A stretch of 64,000 bases of DNA from Podarcis cretensis (GCA_951804945.1 OX638150.1:70990001-71054000); one strand, 5' to 3'. Numbered from the stretch's first letter, positions 37,320 to 50,555 are shown. Notes: generated by a model not told the origin, from the sequence alone. A program made the numbers and translations.

Positions 37320-38995
37320 TATGGTTAGGTATGCATTTTTGGGTACAGAAAGTATTGATCTAATGTGTAGAGACCTTTTCTATTCTAATCAATTCAAGAA
37401 GTTTCTGGAAGCTTTTCTGTGTGATACAAGCTGGTGCAAGCTGGAAGTTTGTAGCTGACAAGCAAGATACTATTCTGTCTAGAAACAAGCAGAAGATTCC
37501 TGATGTTTTGGTTGTTCCTTCAGAGAAGTTGAGCAGCCCTTTCAAACTGGTTCTGTTATCTTTTTCTGTCATGCTGACTAGAAGAACAGGCCAGAAGGAG
37601 CCTGAGTTTCTCTTTTCTTCTGGTGTGGTGGTTTGTATATAACATGCTTAGTGCTAAGGTTTCAGTCTTATTGTAAGTTATTGTAAGTTTAAGTTTAGTC
37701 TGCTGCAACTGGATTTCTTATGGATTGTGCCAACCTTGAAGATATATGGATTTGTGACTATTATGCTCATTTACCTTTAGTACTAAAGCTCTGCTGGATG
37801 AAGAATTAATTGCCTCCGGTCTATTTTTTGGGAATCCTGCAATATGTTTAAGTTTTTACTCTGCTAACTTTACGATGAAGTCTGCTCTAGATCAATATGA
37901 GCAGTACCAAATAACAAATATGCTTTCTGACACCTATACACATACACACATACACCCACACCGTATTGTTATGCTTTATTGTTTTACCTATAAACAGACA
38001 ACTGAAGAGTGGTATTTTTTTTTAAATGACTAAAATAAAATGCTCCCGTATGCAAACTGTACTTTTTCCAGATCGTGTTACTAATTCTAATAGCTATTTC
38101 CTTTTGTGTATGTTTTGCCTTGGAGGCTGCTCCCAAGGCAGAGAAAGGAGCATCCAGACCCTAGGTGGAATGGACAAGTCAGTCCATTAAGAGCCAAAAA
38201 ATTGGGTAGGGAAATCTTGGGTCTCCCCCAGGGTGAACAAAAACAAGATTCATAAAAGGGTCACACACAATCTTCAAAATGTAATTTGGAGCTTGTATTT
38301 CATATTCTCTTATCTCTACCAAGCAGATGGCCAAGCAGCCCCAGTGCCCTAAAGCCTGGCTCTGCTGATCTGAAGAGCACCTGAAAGAGGAAAAAGCAAG
38401 TCCTAATTGGAATCTCACAGGCCAAGAGGCATCAGCTGCCACTTTATCTTCAAGTCCCAGGAGAGCAGTTCTTGTTTTTAGCTTCAGAGGCCGTACACAT
38501 ATCCTTGAGAGGACTGAGCTATTTAAATTAGCTAAAATAGATTTGCATGTAAATTAACAAGTCAAAAAAATTACCACACTTATGTCATGGCTGCTATTTG
38601 ATAATCAAGTTAAAATACATAGTTTTAAAGGAAGGTCACAAGTGAAGACAACTAAGCCTTTGAAGAAGATGCCAAGTTAGCATCTGCCTGTTTAAGCAAA
38701 TAAATGACATTCTGAGTTTCCCAGTATTCCTAGTATTTAACAAAGTGAAAATAGAAAAGGACTTTTCTCACCGGGATCACTTAGGGGACCTAGAAACCAG
38801 CAGGCTTCTGAGTTCAAGTACCAGGCAGAACCAAAGCTTTCACACACAGATACGTAGCTCCACAAAGCAATGAAGCTAATTCTGTGACACTCCTGCCCCA
38901 TCTTTTACTTCCCTCAATAATTTGCTCCTGCAACAGATTTTCCACATCATATGCTTCCACATGAATTAATAGAACACAACAAAACAAGCACTTGC

Positions 38996-39097
38996 CTTTG
39001 AGGGTCTTCTTGAGATGAGACAAGAGTCCCCCAAGTCGCTGGAGGTCAAAGTAATCCACCTTCCCATTATAGAAGAGCTGAGGGGGGACATATGCAT
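38996..39097 (-). CDS. RNF123: RNF123 exon 21 (GC donor)
   Basis: [34 protein letters not shown]; 102 nt; ends AAG|GCAAGT. Confidence 0.92.
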
Positions 39098-39589
39098 CTG
39101 TGGGAAAAGATGTTTTATATGTATTTACGGAGAAGGCCAAAGAAAGCTAATCTTCAATGAGTACAAATAATCAGGGCTGCAGTTACAAGACATCCACCTG
39201 CCCTAGCCAACTCTCCCTCTGGTATAAGGGGGAAGAGAAGTCAACAGAGCACTGAAAATTGGTACTGAACAAAGAAAGCTAAAATGCATTCACACATAGC
39301 CCCTTTGAGGGGCTATGGCAAGGCTGGCATACTGATGAAGATGACTTTCTTCTCTGCTACATGTCTGCACAACAGTGAGGACTAGGTCCACTTTTGGATG
39401 GGCATTGTTTCACTGTGGGATGCAAAATGTAAGAAACATTGTCTTGAATGTCTCTAATTTTGCATTTTTGGGTGAAGAGATAGAATTTGGTTACACACAA
39501 CTCCAGAAATTCCTGGATGATACAGCCTTCTTCAAAATGCAGTCACATACAAAGACCAATATTCCCATTTGTGCATCTTTGGAAATTAC

Positions 39590-39710
39590 CTTCACTGCTC
39601 ATTGCTAAAGGGTTCTTCATGTTGTACTCATCCCAGTAATGTTTCAAGGCCGAGATGAGTCGATGCAAGAAGCACACCATATACTCTGGAGGACACAGCA
39701 CAGTCAGATT
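39590..39710 (-). CDS. RNF123: RNF123 exon 20
   Basis: [40 protein letters not shown]; 121 nt. Confidence 0.93.
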
Positions 39711-41070
39711 CTAAGGACAAAAAACAACAAGGCTCTACTGTTAACAGAACAGTTGAGGAGCCATGCTGAACTGAGCTTCTCCATCCCCTCAGATGTGTGT
39801 GATGCACACCCTTGCCTATAGCATTCCCCACGCAGCACAGAACATTTCCAGTAACTGACAGAGTCAATATCCATCACTGATTCTCACCTGTTTCCCAACA
39901 AGAAAGAGCAAGCACATATCTTCCCTTCAAAGCATAGTAGCACAGTACATCAAGAAAAGAGATGATGAGGCAACCTGGTGGCCCCAAGGCATGTTAGCAA
40001 GCGCCAGTAAGCACATTTCCCTCACTACCAGAAAAAACTGGCACTGAAACAACAGAACACTCCCAGTCAGGAAAGAACTAAAAGTCCGTATCAGAGAGGT
40101 GACACCTTCACTTAGAAGATTTACTGAAAGACCTTTAAGCCATGGCTGAGTGTGCTCTGCTAAGCAAGACTCAAAATGACATACTAAGAAAAATTGAATT
40201 CAGGAACCTTCAGTAAGTTATGCAAAGTTTTAATTAATTGCATAGAAATAATAATTCATTCTAGTAATGGACAGGGGAATCAAGTTATATAGGGTGACAA
40301 AGCCCTGTCCTCTGACTATTGAAAACTCTGACAGCTGCATTATCCCACTTTCCATCAGCTTCTGTGATTTCACCATGATTTGCATCTAGGCTTCAAGACC
40401 CACTTTTAAAAGCAAGACTTCTGTTCAAAAATGTGCCATCAATACAAAGTATGTGTTAATTCCCCACAGATACCATTTCTTTTATGAAGTTATAACTTGA
40501 CTGCTCTTCCCTTCCAGGTATCTTAAGCTATTTCTTTACATTCTGTTAAAAAAGATGAGATTCCTAGCATAATTGTTCTGCCACCAATATCCTAGGAAGG
40601 CAGTCAATGGGGAACAGAGGTATAGGGATTTAAAGGGGGGGGGGGAGCAGAGTGTCAGAACTGAAGCCTGGCTTTGCAGATCTGAAGAGCATTGTCTGTC
40701 AGAGTGAAGAGAACTGACATTGTCAGATAACAAAACCAAACTGAATACAATGTAAGGAGTGACCGTGTGTTCGTATTGCATGAGTTGAGGGGCCTTGATA
40801 AAGAAATCATTCACTATGAACTCGACACCTTGGTAAACCACTGCTGTGTGGAAATTTCCTAATTTCTGCACAGGACAAATAGTAGCATGGAGTCCATCAG
40901 CCCAAAATTTAAGAAGTCATTACACACTCAACAAGGCACCTATAGTGTCCAAGTTGCAAATATGTCTGCAGCTACGGCTTCTGACAGATATAAGATTGTT
41001 TCCTTCTTCAGACCCTCCAACAAAGTGTGACAGAAGTCAAAGTGGAATGAAGATACTGTTCTCAGCTTAC

Positions 41071-41142
41071 CCCTCGGTTGCTGGCATTTTCCTGAAGAAA
41101 CTTGCGGAACTTATTTAGAAAGATGTATCTGGAAGCTCCTCC
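41071..41142 (-). CDS. RNF123: RNF123 exon 19
   Basis: [24 protein letters not shown]; 72 nt. Confidence 0.94.
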
Positions 41143-43049
41143 CTGAAACAACCAGTGTTTAAAGTCAGTTGAGTTCCATCAAGGTGAAAGAACAACCTAA
41201 AATTACAGTATTTCTTGGGTTTGCCTGAATTATGATCACTTGCTCATCTGATGTGAAATTTGCCTTTACAGGTAAGTCCTTAAAGACAAGTGTATACATG
41301 TATTCTCATAACTTGCTAGACTTGCACTAAGCTGAGGGAAATGCTGTCTACTGCTGTCTTGTTTCAAACGGCTGTTTTAAAATAAACTGGAGTTCAGTTT
41401 GAATTGCATATTTGGTTTTGTTATTACTTATTACTGCTTGTTTCATTATGAGCTGCCCTGTGGGTTCTACTGGGCCACATAGGCATTATATAAATCAGTT
41501 TTAAAAAAAGAATTCTCAAGAGCTGCAACATCAAGTGATGGCCATCACAGACCAAGAACCACACACAAACCTTATCATTAGGATGCACACTTCATAATGC
41601 AGCCTGCTTTGGGGTGACATCAACTGGAGCACTGTTGCACTTGTGTTTTTGAGTTAAAGAGATCCACCTGACATGATTGGTCTTGAAACATCAACGGGAC
41701 TTTTTTATTTGTCCAAGTATTTACTGTTTAAAACTGAGAGGCTGAATACTTAAGAAGTAACAGTATGGGTTTCAAACTGATTTTGTTATTAAATTCTTTA
41801 TATTCTAGATGCTTTGTTGGATTTTTTTGATGGTTGATGTGTGTTGTTTTGTGCTTCTTGTTGTATACAACCCCCAGCTCCTCTAGAAGTCTGGTGATTT
41901 ACAAATATCCTAAATAAATAAGTCAGCCGTCATTACTTCAAAGAAAATTCCTCTTCAGTGGAGGCAGCTCACATGATCAGTTGTGAGTCATTTAGCGATG
42001 AGGAGTGTGTGATATACTGCACGCGCATGCATGAAACCTATCCTAAGTCAAGTTACATAGCAGTATTCTTTGGCTGCCTATCCTCAGAGAAGTCACCTTG
42101 TATGAATGCCCTGCTCACCTCCATTACTAGCTCTTTTGGCTGCTGTACAGAAATCCAGTTCCCTAATCAAGAAATCCATTCAGGATATGTACAGTTCCAC
42201 ACTGCCATCATTTGGTCACCAGTGCAAAGGAGATGTTGATAAATCATTTATCTAGGCTTTTATTAGGAGTCCCACCTAACCGCATTAATTCTTAGAAATT
42301 CCACTCATATTCTTAGCATTATCATTTCACACAGACTCATGAGATGCCAGGGTACTGGGCAGGAGTCATTAGCCTGTGTGCCCTGTATCCAATAAACAAT
42401 GTTGTCAGGTTTAGCATTGTACCCAGTAGAGAAGATAAGCTGCTAATAGCCTAATCTGAGCAAACAGCTTCTAGTGTACAATAGTTTGAGCCTCCTCACT
42501 ACATTTAATATCAGGCTATCAGAAATGAATGTGGTATTCATTTGTTACTATTACAATGATTATTTATTATACTTCTTTCCCACCCAGCACCAGAAGGTAC
42601 CAGGACTGATTTACATTGCATTATAACAATGTAAAAGGCAAGACAATTTACAATCAGAAGAACACAGTGGGTACAACAGAATATATAATTTAGGTGCTAG
42701 ATGCCAGAGTAAAGGGTTGAGTCTTCAACATATGACGAAAGCTATATAATAAAGAGTGTCAGACACATCTCTGCAGGGAGTAAATTCCACGGCTCAGGAG
42801 ATGCCACGGAGAATGCCCTCTCCCGGGTTTCCACCTCCCGAACTTCCAAGTGTCAATCTTAACAAAAGAGGTTTGTACGGACGAAGACAGTCTTCCAGAT
42901 ATATGGGGCCTCAGTTTTCATGTGACTAAATCTTGTTTTATGGTGAGATGCAGGCAAGGCCCTCTGAGGATACATGACAACCTCAAAAAGCAAGCTGCTC
43001 TCCAGTGTGACTGAAATACTCTGCAGATAATATATGCAATCATCCTTAC

Positions 43050-43111
43050 CCCACCATGGTCTTTATTGTTCAACAGCAACTTCAGTATCTGCACTTGGAG
43101 TTCCTCCACCA
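43050..43111 (-). CDS. RNF123: RNF123 exon 18
   Basis: VVEELQVQILKLLLNNKDHGG; 62 nt. Confidence 0.94.
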
Positions 43112-43618
43112 CTAAGAATAAATAGAACAGTAATGATATACACTGCTTCGGGTAGCAGCCACCACCACATTGCCACAGAGAAACTGACAGTGGCCATATT
43201 CAAGCTTTGCATAGAAACTCCCAAGAAGAAACTGACCTTCCCAAATTATTATACATATCAGTTTGTTGAACTACACTCCCCAAGTGGCTCTGGACAGTCT
43301 TTGGAATGACAGGAGGTAAAAACATTATCAGTGGGAAACTTAGTACTGTTTCTAAATGAAGTTACTAGTATTGCATTTGCAAGCAGGGGTGCCAATGGCA
43401 CCTGTAACACAGCACTGCCCAGCTAACATTTTACAGCATTTGTTTATTCAAATATTTCAAATGTGGGTGTCTTGGCACAAAAGGCAGTATACAAATGCGA
43501 TAAATTAATTAATCGTGGCATGCAATTATTTCTCCATTCTCTGCACTGATCAATATGGCTTCATGCCATATTCTAAATTGCCCATGAGATTTTGAATGCC
43601 GCTATCCCATCCTCAGAC

Positions 43619-43718
43619 CTTCAATGCGTTTCTTGAGCCGCTGGCATCCTCTTTCATACGCTCGCCTCCTCAGTCTCTCCTCAGCAGTCTCATCTTTTAT
43701 CTCTTTACTTTCTTTGCC
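43619..43718 (-). CDS. RNF123: RNF123 exon 17
   Basis: [33 protein letters not shown]; 100 nt. Confidence 0.94.
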
Positions 43719-43965
43719 CTGTGTTTAAAAGATACGAGGATAACAGAGTTGTTAGCAGAAGCCAAAAAGGATGGACAGGAAGGGCTGCAAATGCTCATGA
43801 ATGCAAACACAGCTAATAAGAGAATGCAGCTGTATAAAGGTGCTAAACAAAGGGTTATTTGCATAACCTATTATGTGCAGAAAACACCTAGATAAAAGGC
43901 AACATCTCTGCAGTTAAGCTAGGACAGCCCTTAAATCTACCAGTAGTGGGCGCCATATTCCTCAC

Positions 43966-44083
43966 CTCTTTGTTGAAGCGGTTTGGCCACCAAGTGGTGG
44001 GAATGAGCTCCTGTAAACCAGCCTCCTCCACACGCAAAGGACTCTTGATGTAAAAAAACACAACTGAGCGGAGCACATCAAAT
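43966..44083 (-). CDS. RNF123: RNF123 exon 16
   Basis: [39 protein letters not shown]; 118 nt. Confidence 0.95.
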
Positions 44084-45424
44084 CTGCAGAGAGTTAAGGG
44101 AGTTGTGTGGTAGTTCATATAGATGCACCTGTGGGATCTATGTCACAAGCAGCATCCCTGCAATAAGTTAAGAATAACTCCACACACAGGACCATGTGAA
44201 AAAAATTAGATTTCCTGAAAACAAGTCAACTCCATAGGGTACTTGGAAGCTGTAATGACTGTATCGTGCAGCAAGGAGGGTATTTGGGGGGAATGAAAGA
44301 AGAGGTGAAAAACTGCGAAAGGAACTTCTGCAACTTTTTGCTTATTTTCATCAGCTTCCAATGCATGGGGACATTGAAGCAGCTATCCACCCCACTTCCC
44401 CCATGTTAGCAATCTGCTGCTGAGACCACCTTGTGTATGTTCTCAAAGCTGTTATAGAATTTGTGCTATTATGGTCGGTCTTGAGTGATGCTACTGAGAC
44501 AGAAGCCACACCCTTCCAAATAATTGGGATAATTACAAAAGGCACATGGGGAAGGGAAGCAAAGGAATAATGATCAGCTCATACATAGATGTTATTTAAC
44601 TACTGTCAATGAACAGAGCATTTATCTAGCAGGGTAGGCCAGGTAGGTGTATAGTGTTGGAAGAGAGAATAAGTGAAAAATAATCCTCTGGGCATGCTGG
44701 CTGTTCCATGAATGCAGCCAGTCTACTTTCGGGGAACACTGGGATCAGATTTGAATATTAAGGGAGAGACCCCAGCTCCATGGCACAACATGCACTTGCC
44801 TGCAGAAGGACTCGGGTTCAATCCCTGGCATTGCCAGTTAAAATATCAGGCAGCAGGTGATGGAAAAGACCCTCTCTGCCTGACAGCCACTGCTAGTCAG
44901 AGCAGGCAATACAGAGTAGGCAAAAAAAGGTGGTGGCAGTGGTGAAGTTAACAAGAAGCAGGGGTTATTTTGGCTAGTCTGGCTGCCTCTCTCTGGTCCC
45001 ATGGCACAGAATACAGGCCATGTTATCACAGTTATATTTTTCCCTGAAAGTGAAAGAAACTGAATCTGAATGTATGCAAAGAATGGGTGATACAGTAAAG
45101 TGTGATCTCAAGGACCTCACAGTGAAGATGCAGCCATTTTGCCTTGGTCAAACCCTTCCTCTCCAATTTGTGCAGAGGCGCACCTGAGCTGCATCTGGTA
45201 GTAAGGAAATAGCAACACTAAGATATAGAAGCGACTAGGGCCTCTTAAATTTAGCTGCAGGTGTGTGCAGCCACAGAAAAAAAAGAAACCACGTCCTGTT
45301 ACAGGGTGATGTTTCTGTAGGGCCTACACATGAATCTTTTTGTCTGTCTAAGCAAGTTTGTACCATCAGGAGATTTGGATGTATGTGAAAAATATTGTTT
45401 TTTTTAAAAAATAAAAAAGGATAC
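44084..45424 (-). other. U12-type GT-AG intron
   Basis: 5' end GTATCCTTTT; 3' end TCCCTTAAC branch site followed by tctctgcAG. Confidence 0.9.
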
Positions 45425-45498
45425 AGGACATTGTGAAGCAGGTACTTCCTGGATTTCTCATGCTTCAGGATAGCAATAGTGAGACGGAGGTAGTGAAT
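45425..45498 (-). CDS. RNF123: RNF123 exon 15
   Basis: [24 protein letters not shown](L); 74 nt; donor GTATCCTTT. Confidence 0.94.
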
Positions 45499-45694
45499 CT
45501 GGATAGAGAAGAAGAAAAAAGGGAAATCAAGATAAGCTGCAGTGATACATGAGGAAGAGCTCTTAAAACAGCATATTTAAAATGTCTTTACAACATTTGC
45601 AAAGCTGTAACCAGTCAACCAAAGCAGCTCCCCTCTCACTGCATGAACTTTGTTCTTAAGGGTTTCGACCAGTGTTTAACAGAATAATACTCAC

Positions 45695-45787
45695 CTGTAA
45701 GCCTAGATCAGGAACAATGGGAGAGAAGCGGTATGCCCTGAGCAGGGACATCAGCAGCTGCTTGAGGCATTCATGTACTTCATAATC
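45695..45787 (-). CDS. RNF123: RNF123 exon 14
   Basis: [31 protein letters not shown]; 93 nt. Confidence 0.94.
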
Positions 45788-45908
45788 CTGAGGGAGGAAA
45801 GAAACACTTTCTTACTCAATAGGAAAGAAGATACTGGGTCAGTGAGTTCCTCTGGAGAAAGGAAGAAGGGTCTCTTTCCTTGAGAATAAAAGCACTCCAG
45901 TAGCTCAC

Positions 45909-46034
45909 CTCCATGAGAAGCCACATGAGATCCAACAACTGCTGTATAAGAGGGTGCGCTTCCACAGACCCTCCTCCTTCCAGGATGCTGAGTAGGAAGT
46001 TCATGAGCACATCTTCCACCAAGTACACTTTGCA
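45909..46034 (-). CDS. RNF123: RNF123 exon 13
   Basis: CKVYLVEDVLMNFLLSILEGGGSVEAHPLIQQLLDLMWLLME; 126 nt. Confidence 0.94.
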
Positions 46035-46269
46035 CTGCAGAAAGGAATTTATTAAAGCAGAAGACTTAACAGAATAGCTTTATCATGATGCTGCAGCAGA
46101 GTCAAGAACAGTGAATACTCTGTGCTGCTGCAGCTCTGAGGGGGCTCACAGCAGCCATTTCCCTAGACTACATTGAGAACTCCAAGGACAGGTTGTCCCA
46201 CATCCCAACAATGTCCCTTTACTCAGGATCCACCTTCCAAGAGCCACTCCCCCCCACTCATAATGTTGC

Positions 46270-46700
46270 TATTTCTTTATTATTTATAAACTACGTTTCC
46301 ATTTTTAAAAAATACAGTAAGGTAGTACACAGCGTACAAAATTACAGTCAGAGCAATACAAACATCAATAAATAATGGTTGGTAAAAAGAAACTCACAGT
46401 GCAAAGCTCTGTCTGAATGACACCATTTTTAGACTTCTAAAAGAAGGTAGGAATGATGTCTGCCAAAGCTCAAATGGCAGGGAGTTCCACAGGGCACAGC
46501 CTTCCACACTAGAGTAAAGGCTGGCTGAACCTCGTGGTTGTGGGGAACCACAATAAGTGCCCCACCAGAGGATCTCAGTGGCCAAGGTGGAGCGTAAGGG
46601 ATCAGATAGTCCTTAAGGTATTTTGGGCCCAAATTATTTAGTGTTTTGTGAATTGACGAAAGAACCTTGAACTCTGCCCAGCAGCAAACTGGCAAAAGAT
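46270..46700 (-). mobile_element. L2 LINE 3' fragment (similar remnants at about 35850-36050, 42560-42920 and 55030-55450)
   Basis: Minus strand reads LPVCCWAEFKVL..HKTLNNLGPKYLKDYLIPYAPPWPLRSS and ..LWNSLP, typical of the L2 ORF2 C-terminus. Confidence 0.7.
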
Positions 46701-47756
46701 GTTAATGATAATGATAATATAATAATAAATAATAAATGAAGTAGTAGTAGTAGTAGTAGTTTATTATTTATACCACACCCATCTGGCTGGGATCCTTTGC
46801 TTGCTGGTTAATCTACTCAAAAGGAGTGAAGTGCACAGATGCACATGACAGACTGCAGCACTCGCTGTATGTGAGCACTGGAGTTGGAAATGCTGGTGCT
46901 CGGTGGCAGTGCACATGCTTTGCATGCAAAAGATGCCACATTCAATCCCTGGTGTCTCTAGGTAGAGATGGCACAGATTTCTGTCTTTAACGGCTGAGCA
47001 ATGCTGCCTGTCAGTGGGGAGCCTTTTTCATCCCGAGGGTCACATTCCATCTTGGCCAATGCTTTGTGGGCTACATACCAGCAGTGAGCACAGCCAAAGC
47101 AAGAATGGGTGTGGCCCAAGTCGATGCAGCTGCTCAACTCTATTATATGCTCCCCTACATAAATACACATGTGTCTATACTTTCCCATCAGAAAACTATT
47201 TATCCCCCAGCAATCAGGCCTGACCAAAGCTTTTTTGAAACCTAATTGCTAGATAGGGATGCTAGTGATCTTTGCGGAGATGGCCGCTTGAGAGAGGATG
47301 GTTAACTCCTCTTTCCCTGGCTGCACTCTCCCCCACAGCAATTAGGCTTAAAAAGAGCCTATTTGTGCCAATGGAAGACTGCTTTCAAACTTAATTTCAG
47401 GATGGGGTGTGTATTTTTGGTGGGGGGTTGCAATGCATGGGGATTCTTCTGAAAATGCCCCCCAACACCACAATTAGACTTTTGTCTCCTATTGCCATCA
47501 ACAGGAGACTTTTTTCAAGCCTAAAACTTGCAGAAGGATGGGGTTCAGGAAATGCGATGGCATCATAGACCACTGGTTGTCCACTCCTGATGTAAATAAC
47601 TGATCTAAACATTCCAATGGTGTGATCCTCTATTAAGTCAGAGAATTTGTTGTTAAAAATTGAATGGTGAGGAGGAGAAGTTCACTCTCATCTGTAACTT
47701 TGTAAACAGTGGTGGAGGATCCTGAAATACATGAAGTAACACTGGAGGAAACTTAC

Positions 47757-47861
47757 CATAAGGGGAGCAAAACTGTTAAAAATGTGTGCTAGGGTGATTA
47801 AAACAGTCGGTTCCCCCTGGAGTTGCCACGTGGAAGCCTCTTTTTCCACCAGCTTCCCTTC
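47757..47861 (-). CDS. RNF123: RNF123 exon 12
   Basis: [35 protein letters not shown]; 105 nt. Confidence 0.93.
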
Positions 47862-48375
47862 CTGAAATACATAACTCAGGGTTACACATTTTTAATAGAT
47901 CCTAATTCTACAAGAGTGTTTCTTAAGCTTGAGGAAGCCACTGGGATTCTGAGATACACCTTGGATTTGAAGATTGCAAGATTTGGCATCAGTTAGGCCA
48001 GAGGTTTTCAACCTTTTTGAGTCCACGGCTCCCTTGACCAACTACATTCTTCCTGCAGCACCCCGTGGGGGTTTCACCTGGCACCATCTTCTTCCTTTTT
48101 CTTTTAGTACCAGGGGAAACCTTATTATCTGCCCAGCACAGACTAATAAGATTTACATCGTGCTCAAATTTTAACACTGCTTTGTTTTTGGTGTATTTTT
48201 ATTTTTTTATTCTTTGTAAGTCAGTTGAAGAGCTTTGGCTAAACAGCACGTAATAAAGGCCCTCGACAAAATTTGAAAAATGAAATTAAATGCCCCATAC
48301 CTAATCAATCCAATGTGCAAACAGTTTTTGGCAAGGCAAGTCTGAATAAACATAACATTGAAAAGATTATCTCAC

Positions 48376-48490
48376 CGTAACATCTATTCCAGTATGAATA
48401 ACATTTTTCAGGTACCCCAACAGTTTCTGCGCTTTTGCAAGATCTGCAGCTGGTTTGTCCTGTAAGGGCCGATATCCCTCCACTGGATAT
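48376..48490 (-). CDS. RNF123: RNF123 exon 11
   Basis: YPVEGYRPLQDKPAADLAKAQKLLGYLKNVIHTGIDVT; 115 nt. Confidence 0.92.
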
Positions 48491-49243
48491 GTATGAAATT
48501 ATTAAGGGGGAAAAACCACAGAAGGCAATCTACCCCACATTCAAGGAATGATCCTAAGTCCCCAGGCTTTCCTCTGCTGCCAATCCTTGCTTTCATCCAC
48601 CACACCAAGCTTCTAGAATGCTTGCCACATTTATTGGTATTTCATACGCCTCCAGGTCTTGTCCCACCCTTGCAAAGCAATCTGTACCAAGCACAGCATG
48701 CATTGTAAAGGAATTCAAGGGTGATTGCTGCTTTCTCATTCAGGACGTCTTTCTTATTCACACTGACCGATGATCACCTTGATGATCATTCAAGAAGGTA
48801 GTATCTGCTGCTGGAGATCCAAACTGCCTCCTGAGAGTATAACATTTCTGACATATTGACAAGAATGAGATTCAAACTTGTATTCATGCTGGCAAGAAGA
48901 GCTTCAGCTACAGAGCTAGAGGCCCCCTGCCCAAATCTTAGCATAACTACAAACTGGCCTTAGACAAAGCCACTCTCAGATTGTAATAAGGATAAAAAAT
49001 AATAGTAGAATAGTAGGAATCTGCCTTATGGGGGCATTGATAGGCTTACTGAGATAAAGTGTGTCGAGCATATAGTATTTATATAGCACTTCTCCTAACT
49101 ATTATTATGTTACTGAGAACTAGTGGATGGCTGGAAAGGTTTGGCATAGTTGTGGCCTGAGAAGAGAATGATACTTTTCAGATGCCAACATTGCTTGGGA
49201 AAAATATTTCTACGGTTTGGCTAAAACTACTGTCAAAGGATAT
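48491..49243 (-). other. U12-type (minor spliceosome) AT-AC intron
   Basis: 5' end ATATCCTTTG; 3' end ..ttcccCCTTAATaatttcatAC. Removal restores RPLR-YPVEGYRPLQD in frame. Confidence 0.9.
48935..49110 (+). mobile_element. Ancient MIR/CORE-SINE-like remnant inside the AT-AC intron
   Basis: tctcagattgtaataaggataaaaaataatagta..ccttatgggggcattg..gagataaagtgtgt resembles the CORE domain. Confidence 0.4.
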
Positions 49244-49369
49244 CGGAGAGGCCGGCTACCAAAGTTAAAAGCAACGGATTCCTTGAATGACAGGCTGATA
49301 GCAGGGAAATAGGCCATGCCAGAGCCTCGTGAGATGTTATCAAAAGCAGTCCCCAGAGACACACCATTC
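49244..49369 (-). CDS. RNF123: RNF123 exon 10 (SPRY end); followed by an AT-AC intron
   Basis: [41 protein letters not shown](R); donor is ATATCCTTT. Confidence 0.94.
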
Positions 49370-50081
49370 CTGAAAAAGAAAATAAAGAGGGGAAGGAGAC
49401 AAATCCCTAAAGTTTTAACACACCTTGCCAAGAATTCTATACACAAAAGACTTATTTATCTGACATTACACAAAGGAAGAAACAGTCACAGCTTAGCGGC
49501 TTGTCTTCTGTATTATGACAAGTCAATAAAAATAAAAGCAGATTCTGAATCCCAAGTGCAAAATTCTCCCATTGCTTTGCCTGAGGATCTTAGGAAATAA
49601 CTTCTTGCAGAGACACTTAGAAAAATATGAATTGTTATTGCTGGAGCTCTGTTCAAGGTCCTGTTCAGCTTAAGAATTCCACGCAGTGACTCAAAGTGCT
49701 CTATTGAGCTTTCTGTGTTGTACAGCTCCAGACAGTCATGTTAAAAACAACCACTCATGTTGATTACTGCTTGTGTAGATCTAGTTTTATTTCTCTATTC
49801 ATCTTTCTTGCACCCATAATAACATTGTACCAGGAAACATTCCCTATCAGCATCTAAACTCCTGTTCAGAAGTGATGCACTCCAACTTTATGAAACAATT
49901 TAGATCCTGTAAGGCAAAGGACCTTGTTGAATGCAATTTTAGTAGAGGATTATTGAGAATGAAGTAACTATTTACCCTTTACTGGAGCTTGGTTTAAACT
50001 CTCAATGAATATACTTAGAAGCTGAGAGGACAGAATATAGCAGACTAGCAACATCTAGCATAGTTCTATAAGGGTGCTTAC

Positions 50082-50149
50082 AGGCAGAAAGAAATGCTTC
50101 CCTCATCCAGGTCTATCAAGCAGCTGACAATATCTCCTGCTGCCCAAGA
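50082..50149 (-). CDS. RNF123: RNF123 exon 9 (SPRY)
   Basis: [22 protein letters not shown](L); 68 nt. Confidence 0.94.
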
Positions 50150-50498
50150 CTGCAGAAAAAAGAAAAGATAATTAGATGGGACTTGGGGTATGTAACCAAT
50201 GTTGCTAGGATACTGTTAAAACATATAGAGATTGCTTCCAATTCAGTCAAGAAAAACTGTACAGGTCAAGAGTTCTGCTGCCATACTGATTCATTGTTTT
50301 AACTTTCTACCCCCTTCTGTTGCATATTGCAGCATGCAGAATTCTAGTTCTATATTACAGCAGGCAAGGGATATGAGATGTGCCATGTGTTTGCAAGCAC
50401 ACACTCAGTAGGATGGCCATTTTCTATATCACAGATGGGATCTTTTTGGTACCGCAGGCCAGATTCCCATGAGCCAACTTTGACAGGTAGGTGAGTGG

Positions 50499-50555
50499 GA
50501 CGCGAACCCGGTTCCCCAGATTACGAGACTACCGCTCTTAACCACTACACCACAC
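50499..50555 (-). mobile_element. tRNA-derived SINE head (Squam2-like), truncated
   Basis: Minus strand GTGTGGTGTAGTGGTTAAGAGCGGTAGTCTCGTAATCTGGGGAACCGGGTTCGCGTCCC (A and B boxes). Confidence 0.6.

Noticed and set aside
50499-50555. tRNA-like sequence
   Set aside because: Truncated SINE head without a full cloverleaf or Pol III terminator; not a tRNA gene.
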